DNA of 64,000 nucleotides from positions 10,906 through 74,905 of the forward strand of contig CATKYT010000001.1 in NCBI GenBank assembly GCA_949841245.1, read 5' to 3'. Each line of letters opens with the position of its first letter. The stretch's first letter is position 1. The notes beneath the pieces are model-generated. The model was not told the DNA's origin. It ran no database searches and worked only from the letters and a program-made list of their open reading frames with translations. This document shows, piece by piece, positions 23,481 through 32,756 of this stretch. The position numbers and the translations under genes were made by a program. This DNA is from an uncultured Eubacteriales bacterium (GTDB lineage: Bacteria > Bacillota > Clostridia > Christensenellales > UBA1242).

Positions 23481-24635
23481 ATGAATGATAAAAATACAAG
23501 CATAAGTGTTTTGTCTGACAAATTTGACCTTTACATGAAAAAAGGCAAACAGGCAAAAGAACAAGGAAACATCGCACTTGCCAAAAGAAATTTTTTGCTG
23601 GCAAGCGAAGTTATGATGCAAATGGCTAAGCAAAGTCAAGGAAAACTTAAAGAAGTGCGAATGGACAGAGCGCGCCGATTGGTGGAACTTACTGACAATT
23701 TAAACAAGAAACCTATTAAAGTGGAAAAAAGCGAAAAACCAAAAGGCGAAAACAATAACTCAGAAGAAGATGAAGATGTAAAAAAATGGCAAACCGCAGA
23801 AGTGCCAAAAATCAGTTTCAGTGATGTTGCTGGGCTTGACGATGTTAAGAAAGCCATTACAATTCGAATGATTAATCCGATTAAATATCCTGACAAATAC
23901 AAAATGTATGGCAAGAAAACAGGCGGTGGAGTGCTTTTATATGGCCCGCCTGGAACTGGTAAAACCATGATAGCAAAAGCCATTGCCAATGAAGTTGGTG
24001 CAAAGTTTTACGCCATAAAAGGTTCTGATATAGTCAGCAAATGGGTTGGCGACAGCGAAAAGAACATCAATTCACTTTTCCAAGAAGCCAACAAACAAGA
24101 CAGAGCAATCATCTTTATTGATGAAATGGACAGTTTGATTGGCAAGCGTGGTGTTGACACACACAACGACAAGCGTGTCAACGAATTTTTGCAACAAATT
24201 GATGGTGTTTCTGGAAGAAATCAAAATTTACTTCTTCTTGGTGCAACCAACAGACCATGGGATATTGACAGTGCAGCAATGCGTTCTGGAAGATTTTCTC
24301 AAAAAATCTATCTTCCATTGCCAGATGCACCAGCCAGAAAATTTATGATTGAAAAGGCACTTAAAGGTGTGCCAGTTGACAAAGATTTTGATGTCAACAG
24401 AGTTGTGGAACAAACTGAACTTTACAGTGGTGCGGACATAGAAGAATTGTGTGACCGTGCAAAGGACGAACCACTTTTGAAGTCAATCGCCACAGACAGT
24501 GTCGTTTTGGTGACTAATTCCGACTTTGACAAAGTGTTGGAAGTTTTGCCACCAAGCGTGACTATGAAAGAATTGAAAGAATTTGAAGACTATAATAATG
24601 AAGTTTCAAGTTACATAAAGAAACCTAAAAAATAA
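23481..24635 (+). CDS. MIT-domain AAA+ ATPase, Vps4/CdvC-like
   Basis: N-terminal three-helix segment (KKGKQAKEQGNIALAKRNFLLASEVMMQMAK..RARRLVELTDNL). Walker A GPPGTGKT, pore loop SDIVSKWVGDSEK, Walker B IIFIDEMDSL, and ATNRPWDIDSAAMRSGRF. Start set at ATG 23481, 9 nt after AAAGGA. Confidence 0.8.
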   Translation: MNDKNTSISVLSDKFDLYMKKGKQAKEQGNIALAKRNFLLASEVMMQMAKQSQGKLKEVRMDRARRLVELTDNLNKKPIKVEKSEKPKGENNNSEEDEDVKKWQTAEVPKISFSDVAGLDDVKKAITIRMINPIKYPDKYKMYGKKTGGGVLLYGPPGTGKTMIAKAIANEVGAKFYAIKGSDIVSKWVGDSEKNINSLFQEANKQDRAIIFIDEMDSLIGKRGVDTHNDKRVNEFLQQIDGVSGRNQNLLLLGATNRPWDIDSAAMRSGRFSQKIYLPLPDAPARKFMIEKALKGVPVDKDFDVNRVVEQTELYSGADIEELCDRAKDEPLLKSIATDSVVLVTNSDFDKVLEVLPPSVTMKELKEFEDYNNEVSSYIKKPKK

Positions 24636-24645
24636 CGGAGAATTT

Positions 24646-27600
24646 GTGAAAGAGCGTGTTTGTAAAAATTGTGGGGGCAGACAATATAAAGTTGTTGGGC
24701 AAAACATGGTTAAATGTATGTTTTGTGGGACTCTCTATGTGGACGAACAGGCTTCAAAGGAAGAAGAAGTTTTAATTGTTGGTGCAAACGAAAAACTTCG
24801 AGACCTTAAATTTAAAGAAGCAGTTGATGAATTTAACAAAATTCTTTTGCTGTTTCCTTTTTCTTTTGCTGGTTTCTATGGCAGAGCGCTTGCCACAAAC
24901 AAAATTGTGCTTTATTCCAACAACAAAAACATGTCAAAAAGGCCACGCTTTTTTGGTGAAGACATTTCTTCACTTTCAAAAAACAGTGACTTTAAGCGTG
25001 CAGTGGAACTGGCTCCTGCTGAAACAGCAAAAACTTATAATGCTCTTGCAAAGCGGGTGGACAAAATTAGAACTGCTTACAGAGAGATTAAGGAAAAAGT
25101 TGATGTCATTTTAAGTGCTGTTGACAACAATAGATTGCAGAATGTTCTTTCTGATGTAGTCGATAAACTTAACGAACATAAATTTAAAAGTTATGTTATG
25201 CCTGACAACAATGAATTAGAAGAAGTTACATTCAATGCACTTCAAAGAGCAAAAGTTTTGCTTTTGTTTGTGACGGACAGCAATATAAACAGCACATTTA
25301 GAAGTGTTTATGAAAGATATTTATATTTCATTTCACAAAGAAAGAAAACAAAAACAAGTTTAATTTTAATTGCCGACCAATCAAATTTGGATATGTCAAG
25401 GTTGCCGATTGAACTTCAATCTTGCAAAAACATTTTGGATTTGAATTCAGACACATTGCTTTTTGACATTCAAGTTATGGTTGGCGAAGAAATGCGAAAA
25501 TCAGCATCAGAAATTGCCAAAATTGACACAATAAAAGTTGATAAAGTTCAACCTAAAAAGAAAAAATACATAGCCACTGAAACAATTAATCCGCTTGAAC
25601 TTGGGCATTACCATGTGGATAATGTAGAAATCACAGAAGAAGGCAAAATTAAATGGATTTATTTGTCATTGAAAAATGGTGACTTTGCCACAGCAGAAGA
25701 AGTTTTGGTGACTGAGTTGGAAAATGATGCCAACAATGCCGAACTTTTACTTGCCCAACTTATGATTTCAAGACAAGTCAAAACAAAAGAAGAATTTTTT
25801 GATAATATTTCCAATTTCAAAAACACAGAAGAAATTGACAGAATTTTGCAATTTGCATCCAAAGGTTTTGCCGAAGAATTTGTGGACAGCATGGAAAATC
25901 TTGTTATTAAATTGCATGATGTAAGTTATTACAACACTTTTCTTTTATACCTTGCAAAATACAACAGCCCAAACCGTCAAAACTTTATTGACAGTGCCAA
26001 AGTTTTGGCTGTGGAAACCATGAATGAAGAACTGATTGAAAAGGTTTTAAGGTGTTTCAAAAAGTCTGATGTTGATGGGATTGTGCAGTTTTATTTTGAT
26101 TTGGCCCAGAAAAGCGACAACAAAAAATATTATGAAAAAATTTTGGAAATTGACGAAGGTCATGCAGAAAGCAACTATGCGGCTTTGTTTGAACACTTTA
26201 AAACGGTTAAAGAATTGCTTACCTACCAAAACCGAAACGAATTGGAAGCGGTGTTTAAATTTTTAAATGGCTCACAACGCGATGAGTTTATTTCCAGACT
26301 TATCAATATGATTATGGAAGTGGCATTTATTGACCTTGAAAAATGTCAAACACAAATTGATTTCTATTTGTCATATGTTTCAGATAATAAACGATTGGTT
26401 GCCATTTTAAAATCAATTGTGCAGAGATTTTTGCATTTAGAATTTTTCACACAAGCGGAGAAATATATTTCCATTGCCATCAACAAAGATAAGAAGAATG
26501 CAGAGTTGTTTTGGTTTTTAATTTTGGCTAAGGCACATTGCCGTAAAGAACAAGAACTTATTACTTCAAATGTAAAAATAACTCAACTGCCAGAATGGTC
26601 AACATTGTTGACACTTGCCAATGAACAGCAATCTGAAAAATATGCTGGAATTGTCAGCAAAATGAATTTGTTTAAAGGTTCCAAAAAAGAATTTAAAGAA
26701 GATGCTTTGGACAAAGCCCAATACATTTCAAAGACAAATGAATTTTTGGACAGGAATTACAAAATTCTGTTGGAAATGGAAAAACAAGAAGGCACTTCTG
26801 TGTTGCGTGGTGTGAATTATTATCGCTTGCAACTTCAACCTTTTGAAGAATATGTCAAGTTGCTGGAAAACATAAATAAATATGATGAATTCATCGATGT
26901 TGTTTTAAGAATAGAAGACAGACTTAAAAATTTGGACTTAACTTTTGAAGCATCTATAAATGTCACAAATTTGTTGGATAAAGAAAAATATTTAAATAAA
27001 GCGCTTGGCGAATATGATGATGTAAGGGAAGAAAAACACAGAAAAAAAATTAAAGATATAAGAAAAGATGTCTTTTTAAAACATTTTTTACTTAGTTTCT
27101 TGGTTTATTTTCCTGCACTTTTTACCACTGTGCTTTTAATTACGACTTTGTCTGCCCCAAAAGAAGTTTACATGAATTTCAGTTACAACTTCTTGGTTTG
27201 CACGCTTATTTATTCTGTTGCGGTGGCAATTATAAGTTTGATTTATTTCATTGTAAAAAAACATAAATCATCATTTAAACTGAAAGTCATGAATTTAAGT
27301 CTAATGGGTATTGGACTTGCGAATGTAATTTTGTTGCTTCTTGGTTTTTATGCTTTTCCTGTAAAAATGCAAATCAATAACTTGGAAGAATTCAACACTT
27401 TGATTCACAATGCCAGCCATGCTTCATTTGTTTTGCAACAAGATTTAGACATGTCTAATGTTTTATGGGACAGTGTAAATTTTACAGGCACATTAGATGG
27501 AAATGGCAAAACATTAAAAAATGTCAAATTCTTAAAAAACAGCAATGGTCTTTTTGCAACAAACTCTGGAACTATTAAAAATTTGAATGTCATTTTGTCC

Positions 27601-28437
27601 CATGAATTATATAATAATCCCAACCTTTTTGGCACAATTGCAGGCACAAATGTCGGCACAATCGAAAGATGTTCAGTTTCCGGCAAAATTAATTTTGAGT
27701 GCAACATTAATGCAGTGATTGGTGGCATTGTTGGAAATTTAAAAGGTGGAAAGATTTACAACTGTAAATCAAATCTTACTGTTGGAATTTCAGTAAATTC
27801 CGGTGATGTTATTTTCGGCGGAGTGGCAGGAAAAATTGTTGAAGGGAAAAAGACTTCAGAAATTAAAAAGACTTCTGTTGAAACTTTAACATTAAATTTG
27901 ACAGCAAACAATGCAAAAGTTTTAAATGCAGGTGGACTGGTTGGTTATGTTGAAAGTTTTGCTGAGAAAAAATTTGCCGTGGATTCAAACAATGTTGTCA
28001 TCGAAGCACACGCAAATGGTAATGCAGAAACATTATCGTTTGGTGGACTGGTTGGCTATGGTGAACTTGGTGCGTCCAACAACTATACTGTTGGAGAGAT
28101 TAATGTCAGTCAACTTGGTGGTGAAAGGTGTGTTGGTGGGCTTTATGGAAAATTGATTGTGGATTCTGACAAAATCAACAAAACAAAAATTATCTCATCA
28201 TATTCAACTGTTGACATAAATTCAGATGATGATTATTCCGAAGTCGGAAGTCTGGTCGGCAGACTTGGCGGAGAAATGGAAAACTGTTTTTCAAGTTCTT
28301 CATTGAATGTGTTTGGAAACAGAGTTGGATTTGGTTCTGCCAAAAACTGTGATAACAAAAAGTTGTTTTATGAAAACAAATATAAATTTGACGAAAACAT
28401 TTGGGATTTAACTGGTAATTTTCCAATTTTAAAATAA
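24646..28437 (+). CDS. multidomain membrane protein: cytoplasmic zinc ribbon plus helical (TPR-like) repeats, three TM helices, extracellular GLUG-type domain
   Basis: GTG start 5 nt after GGAG. Zinc ribbon CKNCGG..CMFCG. Three hydrophobic helices encoded at about nt 27080..27365. C-terminal FTGTLDGNGKTLKNV, GGIVGNL, GGLVGYV, FGGLVGYG, VGGLYGKL and VGSLVGRL repeats. Confidence 0.65.
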   Translation: MKERVCKNCGGRQYKVVGQNMVKCMFCGTLYVDEQASKEEEVLIVGANEKLRDLKFKEAVDEFNKILLLFPFSFAGFYGRALATNKIVLYSNNKNMSKRPRFFGEDISSLSKNSDFKRAVELAPAETAKTYNALAKRVDKIRTAYREIKEKVDVILSAVDNNRLQNVLSDVVDKLNEHKFKSYVMPDNNELEEVTFNALQRAKVLLLFVTDSNINSTFRSVYERYLYFISQRKKTKTSLILIADQSNLDMSRLPIELQSCKNILDLNSDTLLFDIQVMVGEEMRKSASEIAKIDTIKVDKVQPKKKKYIATETINPLELGHYHVDNVEITEEGKIKWIYLSLKNGDFATAEEVLVTELENDANNAELLLAQLMISRQVKTKEEFFDNISNFKNTEEIDRILQFASKGFAEEFVDSMENLVIKLHDVSYYNTFLLYLAKYNSPNRQNFIDSAKVLAVETMNEELIEKVLRCFKKSDVDGIVQFYFDLAQKSDNKKYYEKILEIDEGHAESNYAALFEHFKTVKELLTYQNRNELEAVFKFLNGSQRDEFISRLINMIMEVAFIDLEKCQTQIDFYLSYVSDNKRLVAILKSIVQRFLHLEFFTQAEKYISIAINKDKKNAELFWFLILAKAHCRKEQELITSNVKITQLPEWSTLLTLANEQQSEKYAGIVSKMNLFKGSKKEFKEDALDKAQYISKTNEFLDRNYKILLEMEKQEGTSVLRGVNYYRLQLQPFEEYVKLLENINKYDEFIDVVLRIEDRLKNLDLTFEASINVTNLLDKEKYLNKALGEYDDVREEKHRKKIKDIRKDVFLKHFLLSFLVYFPALFTTVLLITTLSAPKEVYMNFSYNFLVCTLIYSVAVAIISLIYFIVKKHKSSFKLKVMNLSLMGIGLANVILLLLGFYAFPVKMQINNLEEFNTLIHNASHASFVLQQDLDMSNVLWDSVNFTGTLDGNGKTLKNVKFLKNSNGLFATNSGTIKNLNVILSHELYNNPNLFGTIAGTNVGTIERCSVSGKINFECNINAVIGGIVGNLKGGKIYNCKSNLTVGISVNSGDVIFGGVAGKIVEGKKTSEIKKTSVETLTLNLTANNAKVLNAGGLVGYVESFAEKKFAVDSNNVVIEAHANGNAETLSFGGLVGYGELGASNNYTVGEINVSQLGGERCVGGLYGKLIVDSDKINKTKIISSYSTVDINSDDDYSEVGSLVGRLGGEMENCFSSSSLNVFGNRVGFGSAKNCDNKKLFYENKYKFDENIWDLTGNFPILK

Positions 28438-28597
28438 AGTTTTTACAAAAAAAATAAAATGAAAAAGGTTCTTTCAAGAACTTTTTTTCATATATAAATA
28501 AGATTGCAAAATTTTTGATCCAACAAATGAAATTAGTTGACTTATCAACTTTTTGTGTGATAAAATCAGTTTACTTTATGAATTAAGCGAGGTGACA

Positions 28598-30337
28598 ATG
28601 TTTAAATTACTTAAAAATTTTAAATGGCAAGATTATTGCTTTTTGCTTGTTGTTATTGGTCTTGTCGTTTTGCAAGTTTGGCTGGATTTAAGAATGCCAG
28701 AATATTTGGGAAGCATCATTGGCGAACTTCAAAAATCTCAGTTTGGATTGGAAGTTGACATCAACACCATTTTAATCAATGGTGGTTACATGTTGGCTTG
28801 TGCTGTTGGAAGTTTGGTGTCAATGATTATAAACGGTTTTTTGATTTCCAATATTTCTTCTCGATTTGCTTTCAACATCAGACAAAAAGTTTATGACAAA
28901 GTTCAGGGTTTCTCTTTGGCTGAAATAAGCAAGTTTTCCACTGCAAGTTTAATTACAAGAACGACCAACGACATTACACAAGTTCAAATGGTCATTGTAA
29001 TGGGCATGCAAGCATTGTTTAAAGCCCCAATCTTGGCAGTTTGGTCTATTTTAAAAATTTTAAACATATCCACTGCTTGGTCTGCTGCGGTAGGTGTGGC
29101 AGTGTTGACACTTATTGTTATGATTGCAATCATCGTTATTTTAGCAATGCCAATGTTTAAAAAAATTCAAACTTTAACAGATGACATCAACCGTGTCACA
29201 AGAGAACACTTGACAGGAATCCGAGTTATTCGTGCTTCCAATGCGGAAGAATATCAAGAAGAAAAATTTGCTAAGTATAACAACAATTTGACAAAAGCAT
29301 ATTTGTTTACTGGAAGGGTTATGAGTGTTTTAGGGCCAGGAATGACAATTATTATGTCAGGGCTGAGCCTTGCAATTTATTGGATTGGTGCTTACATTGT
29401 CAAGACACCAACAGATTTTGCCAACATGATGACTTTCACAACCTATGCAATGAATGTGCTTATGGCATTTATGCTTTTAATTATGATTTTCATTCTTATG
29501 CCAAGAGCGATTGTTTCGGCAAAAAGAATAAACGAAGTTTTGGACACACAAAACATGATCGTTTCAGGACAGTATGTAGATGAAAATTTAAACAGCACAG
29601 CATCAGTTGTTTTTAAAAATGTTTCTTTCAAATATCCAGATGCAGAAGAATATGTTTTGGAAAACATCTCTTTTGAAGCACATGATGGCGAAACTGTGGC
29701 TTTTATTGGTTCAACAGGAAGCGGAAAAAGCACATTAATCAATTTAATTCCAAGGCTCTATGATTGCACAGAAGGCGAGATTTTGATTGATGGTGTAAAT
29801 GTAAAAGATTATGACCTTGAAAATTTAAACAAAAAAATTGGATATGTTCCACAACGCGGTGTTTTGTTCAGTGGAACAGTAAAGTCCAACATCGACTTTG
29901 GCGATAACAATGCCGATGATGAAACAATTAAAAAAGCAATCAGTGTGGCTCAGGCAACCAACTTTGTTTCCCGCATGAGTGACGGAATTGACAGCAAAAT
30001 TTCTCAGGGTGGAACAAATGTTTCTGGTGGTCAAAAACAAAGACTTTCAATTGCTCGTGCTATTGCAAGAAAACCAGAAATTTTCATATTTGACGACAGT
30101 TTCTCTGCACTTGACTATAAAACAGACAGAAAACTTAGAACAGCACTTACTAAACACACAAACAAAGCAACTAAGTTTATTGTCGCTCAAAGAATTGGCA
30201 CAATTAAAGATGCTGACAAGATTATTGTTTTAGACAATGGAAAAGTCGTGGGGATTGGCAAGCATGATGAACTTTTGAAAAAATGTTCTGTTTACAAAGA
30301 AATTGCCTTGTCGCAACTCTCTAAGGAGGAATTGTAA
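28598..30337 (+). CDS. ABC exporter, fused permease/ATPase subunit 1 of a heterodimer
   Basis: Six-TM domain, then GSTGSGKST, VSGGQKQRLSIARA and IFIFDDSFSALD. Start set at ATG 28598 after SD GAGGTGA. Confidence 0.9.
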   Translation: MFKLLKNFKWQDYCFLLVVIGLVVLQVWLDLRMPEYLGSIIGELQKSQFGLEVDINTILINGGYMLACAVGSLVSMIINGFLISNISSRFAFNIRQKVYDKVQGFSLAEISKFSTASLITRTTNDITQVQMVIVMGMQALFKAPILAVWSILKILNISTAWSAAVGVAVLTLIVMIAIIVILAMPMFKKIQTLTDDINRVTREHLTGIRVIRASNAEEYQEEKFAKYNNNLTKAYLFTGRVMSVLGPGMTIIMSGLSLAIYWIGAYIVKTPTDFANMMTFTTYAMNVLMAFMLLIMIFILMPRAIVSAKRINEVLDTQNMIVSGQYVDENLNSTASVVFKNVSFKYPDAEEYVLENISFEAHDGETVAFIGSTGSGKSTLINLIPRLYDCTEGEILIDGVNVKDYDLENLNKKIGYVPQRGVLFSGTVKSNIDFGDNNADDETIKKAISVAQATNFVSRMSDGIDSKISQGGTNVSGGQKQRLSIARAIARKPEIFIFDDSFSALDYKTDRKLRTALTKHTNKATKFIVAQRIGTIKDADKIIVLDNGKVVGIGKHDELLKKCSVYKEIALSQLSKEEL

Positions 30338-30338
30338 G

Positions 30339-32111
30339 ATGGCAAGAAAATTTTCAGTTAAACAAAAAGAAACAAAAGGGACTTTCAAATCTTCCATGGG
30401 AAAACTTTTTAGATATTGTCGCTTTCAAATGTGGCCACTGATTTTGTCAATGATTTTTGGTGTCATTGGTGTGGCTTGTCAAATTGTTGGACCAAATTTA
30501 ATTGGTGATGTAACAGATTACATTCAAGAAGGCTTGATGGGTGCTGATGTCATTAAACAAATTTCTGACCTTTGCTTCATCTTGGTTGCAATTTACATTT
30601 CAATGGCAGTTTTGCAATATTTGCAACATTACATCATGAACAATGTGACACAAAATGTAACAAGAAGATTCAGAACAGACATTTCCAAAAAAATCAATCG
30701 TCTGCCATTAAACTATTTTGACACTCATCTTCATGGAGATGTGTTAAGTCGTGTTACAAACGATGTTGACACACTTGGTCAAAGCATGAATGAAAGCATT
30801 GCAAATTTACTTTCAAATGTAATTTTGTTTATTGGTGTGCTTATAATGATGTTTGTTACACAATGGATAATGGCATTGACTGTAATTGCAACAACAATAA
30901 TTGGATTTGCTTTTGCCAGCATATTCTTACTTCGTGCACAAAAATATTTTGACCAAAATCAAAAGAACTTGGCTGACATCAATGCTCATGTTGAAGAAGT
31001 TTATTCAGGCCACAATGTTGTTCAACTTTTCAACGGAAAAGAAACTCAATCACAAGAGTTCGCAAAAATCAACAGAAAGTTGTTTTTCAGTGGTTGGAAA
31101 TCACAATTCATTTCAGGTGTAATGATGCCAGTTATGAGTTTTGCAGGAAACTTAGGTTATGTTGCTGTTTGCGTGGTTGGCGCTGTGCTTATTGCAAAAC
31201 AAGGGCTTGGTTATGGCGTAATTGCTTCATTTATGATTTATGTCAGATTATTCTCTAATCCACTTGCTCAGATTGCACAAAGTTTAACAAGGCTTCAATC
31301 TACTTCTGCCGCAGCAAATCGTGTGTTTGAGTTTTTGGAAAGCAACGAGCTTGAAAATCCCGTTTTAAAAGTGGAAGATGTTAAAGGTAATGTTCAATTT
31401 GACCATGTCAAGTTTGGGTATAATGAAGACAAGATTATTATTAAAGATTTTTCAGCCAAAATAAAGGCTGGGCAAAAAGTGGCAATTGTTGGACCAACTG
31501 GTGCAGGAAAAACCACACTTGTCAATTTGTTAATGCGTTTCTATGAAATCAATTCTGGTGACATAAGGATTGACGGAATTCCAACCAGACATTTAACTCG
31601 CGAAAATGTGCATGCGTTGTTTGGAATGGTTTTGCAAGACACATGGCTTTTTGAAGGAACAATCAAAGAAAACTTGCGTTACAACAACGAAAATGTAACT
31701 GACGAACAAATTTACAATGCATGTAAACAGGTGGGTGTTGACCACTTTATTCAAACATTGTCTAAGGGTTATGACACAGTGATTGATGATGCCATCAATT
31801 TGTCTGCTGGTCAAAAACAACTTCTTACCATTGCCAGAACAATGATTCAAGACAGACCGATGCTTATTTTGGATGAAGCGACAAGTTCGGTTGACACCAG
31901 AACAGAAATTCTTTTGCAAAAAGCAATGGATAAGGCAATGGAAGGACGCACATCTTTCATCATTGCACACAGACTTTCCACAATCAAAAATGCTGACATG
32001 ATTTTGGTGCTTAAAGATGGCGACATCATTGAAAATGGAACACATAACCAACTTTTGAAAAAGGGCGGTTTCTATGCCGAACTTTACAACAGTCAGTTTG
32101 AAGAAAAATAA
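30339..32111 (+). CDS. ABC exporter, fused permease/ATPase subunit 2 of a heterodimer
   Basis: GPTGAGKTT, LSAGQKQLLTIART and MLILDEATSSVD. Start is ATG 30339, right after the upstream stop, with SD AAGGAGG. Confidence 0.9.
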   Translation: MARKFSVKQKETKGTFKSSMGKLFRYCRFQMWPLILSMIFGVIGVACQIVGPNLIGDVTDYIQEGLMGADVIKQISDLCFILVAIYISMAVLQYLQHYIMNNVTQNVTRRFRTDISKKINRLPLNYFDTHLHGDVLSRVTNDVDTLGQSMNESIANLLSNVILFIGVLIMMFVTQWIMALTVIATTIIGFAFASIFLLRAQKYFDQNQKNLADINAHVEEVYSGHNVVQLFNGKETQSQEFAKINRKLFFSGWKSQFISGVMMPVMSFAGNLGYVAVCVVGAVLIAKQGLGYGVIASFMIYVRLFSNPLAQIAQSLTRLQSTSAAANRVFEFLESNELENPVLKVEDVKGNVQFDHVKFGYNEDKIIIKDFSAKIKAGQKVAIVGPTGAGKTTLVNLLMRFYEINSGDIRIDGIPTRHLTRENVHALFGMVLQDTWLFEGTIKENLRYNNENVTDEQIYNACKQVGVDHFIQTLSKGYDTVIDDAINLSAGQKQLLTIARTMIQDRPMLILDEATSSVDTRTEILLQKAMDKAMEGRTSFIIAHRLSTIKNADMILVLKDGDIIENGTHNQLLKKGGFYAELYNSQFEEK

Positions 32112-32158
32112 TTGAATATAAAGTAGAGAAATTCCCATAATAGTTTTTGGAGGTTATT

Positions 32159-32629
32159 ATGAAATTTCTTTACTTTCTTTTAGGAGTGCCTTATATGATT
32201 TTATCTTTTTTTAACACAGTGGATGTTTTGCCACATGTAATTTCAACAAGTTTGCTTGTCGATGGGCATGTGATTGAGATGACACAAGATGAAGAAAAAC
32301 TTTTGCAAGAACAAGTGAACATGTTGTTTAAAGATTCAAGAACTATGCCGGCGTTTGGCGTTGTTTTTAATGACATGTATAAAGAAGAAATCAAAAGTGG
32401 AACTTATATTTCATTAAGATTTCCACAACTTATGAAAGTCAACGAACTTCCTTTTGATGAGTTGGTTTTTAAAGTGGAAGCGGATTGGACAGGTGTCAAC
32501 CTTTATCGTGGGTTGAATGGTGAGTTTAATGGTCGTTGCATATATCTTGATTTCGACAAAAACATGAGTGAACTGGATAATTTCATTCACAATCTTGACA
32601 GTGTCAAACAAATTGAAAGCCTTGCATAA
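32159..32629 (+). CDS. hypothetical protein with N-terminal hydrophobic segment
   Basis: ATG 32159 lies 5 nt after GGAGG. No motif recognised. Confidence 0.5.
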   Translation: MKFLYFLLGVPYMILSFFNTVDVLPHVISTSLLVDGHVIEMTQDEEKLLQEQVNMLFKDSRTMPAFGVVFNDMYKEEIKSGTYISLRFPQLMKVNELPFDELVFKVEADWTGVNLYRGLNGEFNGRCIYLDFDKNMSELDNFIHNLDSVKQIESLA

Positions 32630-32640
32630 AAATAGGTTTT

Positions 32641-32674
32641 AAAGATTTCAAAAATTTTTGAAATCTTTTTTTTG
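32641..32674 (+). terminator. rho-independent terminator
   Basis: Near-perfect palindrome aaagatttcaaaaa/tttttgaaatcttt followed by a T-run. Confidence 0.6.
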
Positions 32675-32691
32675 TTTAGACTTTATATAAT

Positions 32692-32720
32692 TTGACATTG
32701 CTTTGATTATATATTAAAAT
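32692..32720 (+). promoter_or_regulatory. pfl promoter TTGACA-17-TAAAAT
   Basis: TTGACA at 32692..32697, a 17-nt spacer, TAAAAT at 32715..32720. Confidence 0.55.
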
Positions 32721-32733
32721 AAAAGGGCAAAAT

Positions 32734-32756
32734 TTGTTTGAAAAAAATTCAAACAA
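32734..32756 (+). promoter_or_regulatory. palindromic operator candidate TTGTTTGAA-N5-TTCAAACAA (Rex-like)
   Basis: Perfect 9-bp inverted repeat between the pfl promoter and the SD. It resembles the TTGT..N..ACAA Rex boxes I recall for Firmicutes. Confidence 0.3.
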
